This document shows, piece after piece, positions 10,504 through 20,000 of a stretch of 20,000 bases of DNA. The notes beneath the pieces are model-generated. The model did no database searches and was not told where the DNA came from. It saw nothing but the letters and a program-made list of their open reading frames with translations. This DNA comes from Catajapyx aquilonaris (lineage: Eukaryota). The position numbers were made by a program, and so were the translations under genes. Within the stretch, counting starts at the first letter, position 1. Every line of letters begins with the position of its first letter. The DNA lies in NCBI GenBank assembly GCA_000934665.2, contig JYFJ02001476.1, positions 58,853 through 78,852 on the forward strand. The letters are read 5' to 3'.

Positions 10504-10684
10504 TTAAATCAAGAAAGAAGCGGTCAAGGGACCACAATGAACATTCATATTGGGTTAGACGTTTGTAGAACATTTAGGTAAACGTCGATATTTACAACAT
10601 TCAGTTTTGCTCCGTTAATTAATATAATACTTTCAAGAACTTGACTTTTTCTTACTAACAAAACAAATAGGTATGAACACGCAC

Positions 10685-11761
10685 GTTTGCTAGCTGGTCG
10701 AACCTCCCGAAGAGTTCATTCAGCAGCCTGACCAGTTCCTGTGCACTGCACTGAGAAGCCAGCACTGTGAAGCCCACGATGTCTGCAAATAGTATGCTGA
10801 CATTCTCATGCCTCTGGATGTAGATCTTGTGGAACTGCCCCTCCACTGGGGAGAGGATGTCTGCCTTCATTTCCATGGCCACATGCTGTGGCAACACTGA
10901 CAGTAGCAGTCTCTCCAGCTTTTCATTTTCATCTTCCATCTCCAGTCGTGCAGCGATACAGTTGCGAGTGTCTAAAAATGCTCTGCGTTGGGCATGCTCC
11001 ATCACATTGTGAACAAACAGTCCTACTGCATTGACTGCCAACCAGAGCAGAAGATTGGCCAGGAGTTGGTTAGGAAGTAATGATGGGAAGAGCAACAGGG
11101 AGGAGCAGGCAAGGCAGGCAGAGAGATGAGCAGCTGCAAGGGCAAGGGCAAGTAAAAGAGCAGCCCAGGGACGAAGTGGCAACATGGCATATGCTAGAAA
11201 AAGCAGGAGTACAAGAGGGAAGACACCCTCTGCTGCTACGTGCCATGAGGAGGTTGATCGAAGTGGAGATGTTTGTGGGAAAAGATCAACTGGGAGTGAT
11301 GTTAGGGCAAGGGCAGAACCTAGAGCAAGAGCCAGCCAACAAAGGGCAGGCATCCATGCATCTGCACTTCTGGATCTTGATGCCCCACCACCTTCCACAG
11401 ATGCTGATGCAGATGATGCATTGCTGGCTGAAGCCGCTCCATTGTTACCACCACCATTGTTGCCTCCTCTTGGTGGGCGTAGTAGTGGCCCCAATAGTGA
11501 CAGAAGGGCCATTCCCAAAGCTACTTGTAATATGGGAGCCAATGAAGGGCGACCACTTACATGGCCCAATGCCAAACCGCCTTGTCCCACTCCAAGGACA
11601 CCCAACAGCGCCACAGCACTGGCCACGGACCATTGCTGAAGCTTGAGAACATACCGCTGGAATAAATCCTCCAACTCATCATTCTCAAAGCGATGACGAT
11701 TCAGCATCCGCCCCAGGGCTGGGAGCCGCTGGGAGCCCATTGCCTTCACACTGTGATCCAT
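10685..11761 (-). CDS. rut: Rutabaga-type adenylyl cyclase, coding exon 1 (N-terminus, first membrane cluster M1, start of catalytic C1a)
   Basis: [11 protein letters not shown]...[15 protein letters not shown], several hydrophobic helices, then [33 protein letters not shown] and [23 protein letters not shown] (first metal-binding Asp). Ends FDQLAN at donor AAC|GTGCGT, phase 0, 359 codons. The exon extends upstream as 5'UTR; candidate acceptors start the exon at 11817 or 11883. Confidence 0.95.
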
Positions 11762-11969
11762 CTTGGGTCTCCACTATCAGGTGCTTCCTTCCACAGACAA
11801 TGTCACCCCCCTCTCTCCTGGCCAAAAGTACATATGCTGAGTGGCTTCATCCTCACTTACTGGATCTTCTTAGCTTATTCATCCTGTAATGGACAGATGT
11901 ACCCTTCAATAAAATGACAAGATCAGAAGCCCTTAAGCTAGGGGGTGACAACATTTAAAAAATATATGA

Positions 11970-12200
11970 GGGGCCCTCTGCAATAACAAAGTAAGAGGAG
12001 TTACCAGATGGCTGGTAAACCATGTAAACCTGACTTACCTTGCTATCCAGCGGCCTCGATATCGTATTCGAAGCGTCATGAATAATGTTAATGACGCTTT
12101 GAATACGATATCGAGATCCCTGGATAGCAAGGTAAGTCAGGTTTACATGGTTTACCAGCCATCTGGTAACTCCTCTTACCTTGTTATTGCAGAGGGCCCC
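11970..12200. mobile_element. 231-bp foldback palindrome, probable PIF/Harbinger-type MITE
   Basis: Arms 11970-12079 and 12091-12200 (110 bp, 5 mismatches by my count) around an 11-nt centre. Termini GGGGCCC...GGGCCCC, flanked by TGA and TAA (imperfect TWA-type TSD). Confidence 0.75.
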
Positions 12201-12216
12201 TAATATATTGGAATAC

Positions 12217-12665
<449 letters not shown>

Positions 12666-14767
12666 TTGGAATACTGAAGTGAACATACTGTATATGTTTC
12701 ACAATTTAGCTTACTTCCACATCAGTTGAAATGGCACAGACTCACATCCAGTTGGTATCCCTCAGCATGCAAAACTTTAGTCAGAAGAATCACACCTTCC
12801 CTATGCAGCCCCTTAGAAATAACCTGTCTTTCTCCTTTCTCCTTTTCCTCCCCTTCTTGGTGCAACCATATTTCTGCTGATACAGATGTAAGCAAAATTA
12901 TGAAACACTGCATGTGCAAGGTCATTCAAATAAAAAGTGACGATGATGCCAATAAGAATAATGGTCATGTATATGGTATTTACCTGTAAAGAGGGTAGTC
13001 AGTGATGATGCACGAAATGCAAAATAATGTGGTCATAACAATAACTGAAAAAGCAAATAATAACCCACACATGTTGACTGAAAGTAGTTGACAAAAAATA
13101 TACCTTAAATAGGGGGTAATAACTGTGTGTCCAATTAAATTATGTTAGAGGTTTTGCCATGTCCAGGGAAAGCTTAAATTTAGAAAAGTCTGACCTAAGT
13201 TGCCTGCAGTACATGTGGTTTATGGCTTTAGAAAAGGATGAAAAAAACTTGTTTCACTTTACATTGTAAAACACATTATCATGTAACTTATGCTCCACAG
13301 AATTAGCAAACAATGGACCACCTGCACTCAAATTATTGTGATGCACTAATCAAGGGCACTTCGGACATCCCCTCTCCCTAATAATAAGCTGGGTGCAACT
13401 ACACAGATGTAGACTCAGCATTCCTCGTTCTCCTGGCCTCAGCCATCGCCAGCAACACTTTTCAACACGAAGGCCCACTCACCTGCCATCCCAAAACCTG
13501 CCAAACCAAGTAACCAAGTGGCTGACTGATCCTTCTTACCCAGCCTTCCTCCCACCCACCCACCCAACTCAGAGGCCAACCGGAACTCCACTCTATTTAT
13601 ACTGCCCTAACTCAATGTGTTTGGCCCCAAGCAACCTCATCATGTGGCTCCATCATGACAACATTGCATCCCAAGAATATTTTCACTCTCTCTGCCAACA
13701 ATCACATCAATGGATTTGGCCCTCCTACAGTACGTTCTTTACGGCTCCTTACACAAACACCTCCCCTGTCATGCCCATGCCAAAGATGACTTGCAGCTAT
13801 CCAATACTAGTACAAAAGAGAAGGAGAAATCCAATGACCAATGGGTACAGAGTGAATTATCTCCTACACCTCGAGTATAATAATGAACATTGATCAATAC
13901 AGTTAATTGGCTGGTGAATAAAAATGCAATTGAAACGTCACTCTGCCAATCCTGTTTGTAAAGCAATATATGTGTGCAAGGACACATGAACAGGTAGCAA
14001 GTCCCTCACAGACTCATTTGAAATGTAACTAATTCAGACGATAGATTGCTTTCACAAGGTAATTCTGAATGCTTGTGGATCATGCAAACATAACCATTGC
14101 ATCATTTCCCTATTATAGGGGCAGTTGTATATGAAACAGGCAAGAAGAATTAGATAACTACACGTGCACATCACATTGCATACAATTGCATCTTCTGCCC
14201 TTCACACTTGAGAATATATTTTCTTTTTACACACGTGATGAGCATGTGACTGCAAGTGGTCAAAGCCTACTCATTAGGCAACACACAAACTTCAATAACT
14301 TGAGGCTAACATGAGAAATTATTTGTTTATTATTAGTTTTCATTACTGTCATCATCATTACTGCTACTACAGACCAACCAAAATGAAAATGCATATGCCA
14401 CCCGCCACCTCATCTGAATGCAATCCACTCTAAACAACCATCTGCAGTAACGGAGGGTGATAAAAAGCTTGGAAGGACATTACAATGACATATGTCATGC
14501 ATTTGACGCAAGAAATCTTAACAATTACCATAAGCTAGGTATGACAATCCTCACCTTTCAGAACTTCTTTGTCTTATCAGTCAGTTATTGCAGCGGGTTG
14601 TTCAGAGTGGGGTGTACTCATATAACGGGAGTGGGTGGAATCTGCCTTTTCATGTTTTTGGATGCTTGGATAGGCACACAATCCTCTATGTATGTTTTAA
14701 AATTGCACCATTTTTGTAGTGGACTAAAATGTTGCAGGTGAAAACAGGCCCTAATAACCCAGAAGTT

Positions 14768-14820
14768 CATCATCATCATCATCATTTATTTCACCTCCCT
14801 GTCTCCACGTACAGGGAGGG
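14768..14820 (-). mobile_element. Severely 5'-truncated non-LTR retroelement tail, 53 bp
   Basis: On the minus strand: 9-bp stem-loop, AATAAA, then an (ATG)6 tail. Flanked by direct repeats AC(C/T)CAGAAGTT at 14757-14767 and 14821-14831. Confidence 0.65.
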
Positions 14821-15439
14821 ACTCAGAAGTTAGTGTCCCAATAACAACACATTTTATTCCCAATGGCACTGCAACCACCTAATCACCCATTATGTGCATT
14901 TTATTCATGAATTTATTGGCCATTATCCCTTCATGTCCTCGTTAAGCCCCTCCCAAATGGAGCCTAGTGCATAACTACTGTCATATAAGCGGCCAATTCT
15001 TAACTTGTACTGTTCCAGGAACTGACAATTCAACTGACATTTCACTTGACAGGCGGCTAATAACATCTCTACAGAGTTATTCTGAAGTGGAAGCTGCAAC
15101 ATCCGAAGTATGGAAATGACTCAGCGTGAACATAACCAGGAATAATTTCATCCCTTACATAATAACACAAAAATAGCATTAAAATGTGTTACACAATCCA
15201 CATAAAAGTCATAATTCAATTGTAAAATTAATGTTACAATAAATTACATGTTCTTACTTGGTTCTTACTTGCATTTATCCACATAGTGCCATCAAGCATA
15301 TAGTATTATTTTTATATTGCTAAAATCTAAATATTAGATTCACATGCTTATAAACCATGGATGTTGGGGGTAGGTTGATGTGGTGGTTTCGACCACATCT
15401 TGAGGTCTTGCATTTGATTCCCACTATATAGTCCCAATA

Positions 15440-15990
15440 GCCACTTGATGGCACTAATCTTTCGTTATCCCTGCACACAAACTCCTTGTATGAAATAATT
15501 TTCCAGCAGTCATACCGGATTACATAAGACTGTCAAGCACTCTTGTTTCCAAACCTATTCTTTCATCTCCTGGTCACTCCTGACATTCTTGCTTGCCAAA
15601 AATTATCAGGTGGTGGCAGAACAAGTTCAAGTCTATTGGAACAAAGTCAGGACCATGACCTGGACTGATGCATTCCATTTGGAGAATGGCTGACAATGGT
15701 TTACTGCATAGGACAGTTTACAAGCTCTAGCAATAGTAATAATCTCAAACCGTTAAAATGAGGTATCAGTGAGGCAGCACATCATGATCCAGACCGTGCA
15801 TCAAATGACCATCACTTGTTTTGCCCACTCTAGAAAATTTTCGGCATCCAAGAACATAACGAGCACCAATAGGCAAAAGGATATGCTTGCCAGACAGCAT
15901 GCTCCACATACACTTACAAAATATGGTGCTATAGTTAGAAAAATGCTTCTATCATCATGGGTTTGGCATGGATTGTTTCCCCCCTATTCA
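15440..15990 (-). pseudogene. Decayed mariner-type transposase remnant (boundaries approximate)
   Basis: Hand translation downward from 15663 gives PGHGPDFVPIDLNLFCHHL, then after a frameshift LASKNVRSDQEMKE*. This resembles the mariner PPYSPDLAPSDFHLF...LAG..F.SD.E.K motif. A weak LGCRKFS similarity lies upstream near 15850. Confidence 0.45.
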
Positions 15991-16399
15991 GCCTGCATGA
16001 GCCAAAGTAACTATCTAACTACATACTCAGCAGACTTGTACACATGTCTGAATAAAGACCAAATAGGCTCAACTTTAATGTGAAAATGTCAGGTACTAAA
16101 AGGGCCATAAATAGGCACAGAGCACATGTGCATTTACATGCTACATTGCAGTAATATAATGCATTTGCTGAAAATTACTAGATGTTAGTCATCATGTCTG
16201 CAGTTTGAAATTTACATAGTTCCACACAGTCAAGAGTTTCTGGTATAGTGACGCAAAGGTGATGGTTGAATGGCCATGCAGTATTTCCTCTGGTTTAACA
16301 TTTCCATTGTCATCCTTTCAACCCGCAATGTAATGGACATTCAAGAGCAGCACCAAGAAAATGCTGGTTGGCAAGGAACAGAGCATGAAGGACATTTGA

Positions 16400-16900
16400 T
16401 GGTCATTAAGTGCGGCAGAGAAGAGCCTCTGACAGGCTTTCAGGATGGATGAGAGAAAGAGGCTTTTGGTTTATGGGCAGATGATCCGAAAGGAAATGTG
16501 AGAGCAGTTCGAGATATGATAGGCTAAGGGGAGAGAGGGGGAAGAGATGGGGGTTGCGAGGGAAACAGAAGAGTCTGGATGGTGTGGTTGAGCTTGCATG
16601 CCCATTGATTACCAATATTGTGGGGATGTACACCTGCACTGGTGGGAAAGCAGCCGATGGATGTGGATGGATAGATGCATGTGCAGACTATATTTAGTGC
16701 AGGATCTATATCGTTGTTAGAATGAGTGCAGCAGAGGAGGAGGGGCAGAGGGGCAGTGTGGATTATGGGATAGCAGAACAGGGGCGGAGGTAAATGTCAA
16801 ATGAGCATCATGTTGGGCCGCACAGGTACGGAAAACTAGCCTGGTTGAAACCCAATCATAAATCAGCAACAGCATGAGTGCAGGCAGCCCCAAGGGGGCA
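16400..16900 (-). pseudogene. Possible decayed LINE apurinic-like endonuclease remnant
   Basis: FLSDHLPI (SDHxP-like motif) in ORF 16406-16639, preceded in plausible order by weak DIYLRP and PT...STT-like segments. Frames are broken. Confidence 0.3.
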
Positions 16901-17990
16901 TCCAATGAATGATGCCTTGCAGGGATTGGGGTGTTGCCCATTGAAACAGAAAGGGAAGGAAGGACACAATGTTCCTTCACTCTTTAACAAAACTTACATG
17001 CAGTAGTGCAGCAGGATGATGCGACTCTGAGACGCATCAAAAGTCACCTCTTGTCTGCACTGCTGGTGAACTTAACTCCAGCAATGGACGCTGACAGCTG
17101 CTTGTTCAGATACTGCCCCATTCCATGACGCTAGAGTTGAGATTTGTTGGTGGTTCCATTAGTTACACCTAGCAAGAGCAGAAATGATTGGAAAAGTTAC
17201 AACTGTCTTTAAATAGTAATCATTCTCTGCCATCCCACCTGTTGGCTCTGTGTCAGTCAACCTAATTGGTCAGATGGCTGCTTTAACAGTGGCCTAGGGA
17301 AAATATTGAATTCAACCTCAAACCATAAAAAGCAATATTGATATCCTATTTAATTGGTATAATATGTTGGGAAATGGCTGGCAGATCAATGCCCCAATTA
17401 GGTCTGGGTCAGTGGGTGTGTTCACATACCCACCTCCTAACACCTATATACCAAGCCCTTTCAGAAATAACTTTGGTGTGTAAGATGAAAAAAAAAAGAA
17501 AAAGAAAACTGGGCCATTGAGGCCAGGACTGTTTGCAATGGCAGGTATCATGTTTACTCTTACATACCACTTGTACATTAACCTACCAATTTAGAGCAGC
17601 GCACTCCCATTTTGCCACACTTGAGAGTCTCATTCAGTAGAAGGTCAAACTTGGGTTCCTGTCTTGAAGCCACCAAATGAAATGCAAGATCTTGGATCCA
17701 AACTGAGTGACAAGGTCCTTTTTTATTTGCAAGTTTCACATGACAACGCCCCACTTTTATCTACCTCAGGGTACTGGTTCATTTCTTGGAAAACATCCCA
17801 CTATCTCGCAATGCAAATATTTGCAGAAGGCTTGGGTGAAGCATTGCTTATGCAAGATTTGTTTAAATTATCATATTAAGTAACTGGCAAACGTTTGCTA
17901 ACAGACTCCCACCATGATGAATAAATTAACATGCATCGAAATAAGCAGCATGGCTCATCTTATTGCCATTAACAAATTTAAAGCATAATT

Positions 17991-18212
17991 ATGATTCACT
18001 TCATTTGTGATTTACTCCTCCAGTTGTTTATTAACTGAAATCAGAATATTATTATCGCTTTATAATTTTAATCATTTTATTTGCGATTTTCATTTATGAC
18101 TATTTTAATCAATAATCGTGATTTACTTCATTTGTGAGTTACTCCAGTTGTTTAACGGAAATCAGGACTATCACTTTATCATTTTTATCACTCTGTGACT
18201 TATTTCATGACT
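17991..18212. repeat. Diverged AT-rich direct duplication (two copies of roughly 95-110 bp)
   Basis: TGATT(C/T)ACTTCATTTGTGA(T/G)TTACTCC...AGTTGTTTA...GAAATCAG...ATGACT at about 17991-18101 and 18118-18212. Confidence 0.7.
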
Positions 18213-18215
18213 TAA

Positions 18216-18499
18216 CCCTGGAACTGTGACCTGGGGTCTTTTAGGACCCCAAAGGAATTAAAGCACATTAAAATGATAATTACAATGAACTTTTGCCATT
18301 TCAAAAATATATAACAGGAAGTGCATGTTTATTTTGAATTGGCAATCATTTTAGGCATTGTTCAAAGAATGATTGCATGTAGTCAATACATTAAAAAGTA
18401 TTATTATATAGAAATTAATAAAAATTAAAATATGGATGGGATCCTAAAAGACCCCCCGTCATAATTGCCATAACTTTCAGGCACGTCACGGTTCCAGGG
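18216..18499. mobile_element. piggyBac-derived MITE, 284 bp
   Basis: TTAA|CCCTGGAAC(T/C)GTGAC 15-bp TIRs with TTAA at 18212-18215 and 18500-18503. An 18-bp internal inverted repeat GGGGTCTTTTAGGA(C/T)CCC lies at 18233-18250 and 18438-18455. Confidence 0.9.
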
Positions 18500-18939
18500 T
18501 TAAAATAGCAATTTAATTAAAATTAATTATTGTGATTTACCCTGTGGCTACCCCTCTACGGGAATTATGCCGTGACAGACTGTAGGAATGTATCTTCAAT
18601 CATCAACTATTAATTTTAATTAAATTAATTGATGAATTATGATCACCTTATTTGTGACTGGCTTCATTGCTATTTACTTGCAATATATATGCCCCCATGC
18701 GTAAAGAAAAAATGGCACAATGCTATTACCCCCAAATGCCAGTGAACCCAGTGCATGACTAGAATCTCTATTATAAGAACAGGAAACAAAAACATTCACC
18801 TGCCTGTAAACACAACAACAGGCTCATTACTTCTCAGCATCCTTTCCTTGCTACACTTTGAGCAGATAGCACATTTTCAAGTGAAAGTGTTCTGTATGTG
18901 TGGCCCCACATCCACCTGTCCCTGGCCCAATACCATGAC

Positions 18940-19630
18940 CCTTCGAACCAGTGACCCTGTGAACGACTTTTTTCGAAGGCGGTGGACACACACTCACTTG
19001 TTCCGTCCAGCCTGTGTTCCTCCTCGGGGCGGGGCAGCACACGCCCCCGACACCACACCCTTATTCTTCTTCTTCTTGGTTCTTCTGCAGTTCCTTTCTT
19101 TCCTCCCGAGAGCAGCGCAACACCACCCACCAAAAAGAAAAAAAGAAAGGGAGGGAGCAATAAAAGGGGCGGGGGTGGGCTCGGGCTTGCGATGTTCCGA
19201 ACACGGGCCGGGGGGAAAATATATCAGCCAGCGAGAGCCGCGGCACACAGAGAGAGGAAAATGAGGGGATTGACTTCTCCCAAGGGTGGGAACCACGCAC
19301 CGGGGGTTTCGGGTGGGGACAGCCGCGGGGCTTAGCTCCGTGGGAATAATATTAGCCGGAGAGAGGTGTGTGTGTATGTGTGTGTGTGTTGGATGATGAT
19401 TCTACTCTCTGACATTCGCGAAGAGCAGCAGCAGCAGGCAGCAGGGAACGGAGATGGTTGCAGGCAGGCGGTCGCCAGGTGGAAGCACTGACGGAATCGC
19501 CCCTTCTCCGCAGGCGGGGGCGGAGGAGAGAACAGCAGATGCGGGAGAATATTGGAGGAAAAAAAAAATATTGTGCTTCTCTTCTGGAGGACAGGTGGTG
19601 GCGGACAGCGCCAAAATTCGGAGATTGTTG
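18940..19630 (-). promoter_or_regulatory. CpG-rich probable promoter and non-coding first exon of the cyclase gene
   Basis: Abrupt GC/CpG-rich block against CpG-poor flanks, with GC boxes. Arthropod Inr-like TCAGT on the minus strand at 19491-19487 and a candidate donor CAA|GTGAGT (exon end 18998). Assignment to this gene is inference. Confidence 0.55.
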
Positions 19631-20000
19631 GCTCCAGACAACCGATTTGCAGCACCTGATATGACTTTGAGACAATTGAGGGTTTAAAGGGCCAAAGACA
19701 ACCACACCCTGCTGTTCACTCCAGAGAGTTATGTAACAATCAATAGAGGAATGTAATCTGTTGATTTCCTCCGGCACAATTATATTTATGGAAGTAGCGC
19801 AGTGTGTGGCATGAATTGGAGGTTGCTTCAGTGGATGTATGTCATTTTGTAGCCATGTGGTCTGTGTGCCACATGTGTATGCACTGCCACTGAGCAAGGG
19901 AAGCAAGATGGATAAACAGGGTATGGTGGCAAAACTGGGGCCGTTTTCCCTCTAGCTGGGTGTGAGTGTGATGTAAGGTCTGGCCGCCAGAGGCGCAGCT

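Noticed and set aside
11080..11646. 188-aa and 151-aa plus-strand ORFs
   Set aside because: Antisense to exon 1 with no recognisable domain.
13330..13893. 166-aa ORF and a RALRTSP string reminiscent of I/Nimb-clade LINE ORF2
   Set aside because: One short motif only; possibly an old LINE relic but too weak to call without a search.
14730..14755. GCAGGTGAAAACAGGCCCTAA resembling a Harbinger MITE end
   Set aside because: I could not find the matching opposite terminus.
18755..19906. Cluster of 60-184 aa ORFs on both strands
   Set aside because: Expected in GC-rich, stop-poor promoter and UTR sequence; the translations are low-complexity. A uORF role cannot be excluded.

Overview
Eukaryotic genomic DNA, almost certainly arthropod and probably insect. 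It carries most of one minus-strand, multi-exon gene: a rutabaga-type (ADCY1-like, Ca2+/calmodulin-responsive) membrane adenylyl cyclase. Eight coding exons join with GT-AG boundaries and consistent phases: 11761-10685, 9354-9227, 9149-8991, 8764-8620, 6350-6081, 5448-4720, 4423-3160 and 1730-79 (or to a stop at 55), giving about 1,810 aa. The gene probably continues beyond the window's left edge. A CpG-rich block at about 18.9-19.6 kb is the likely promoter and non-coding first exon; the gene body looks CpG-depleted. The introns hold varied small mobile elements: pogo/Tigger-like, hAT-like, Kolobok-like (with a nested MITE), a near-perfect 231-bp palindrome, piggyBac-like, a young tRNA-derived SINE, a 53-bp retro-element tail, and decayed mariner and LINE remnants. 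I see no wholly novel system. The best leads are the probable calmodulin-binding segment on a symmetric exon with unusual splice signals, and the long palindrome carrying consensus splice donors just upstream of the first coding exon. All analysis was done by eye; no searches were run.
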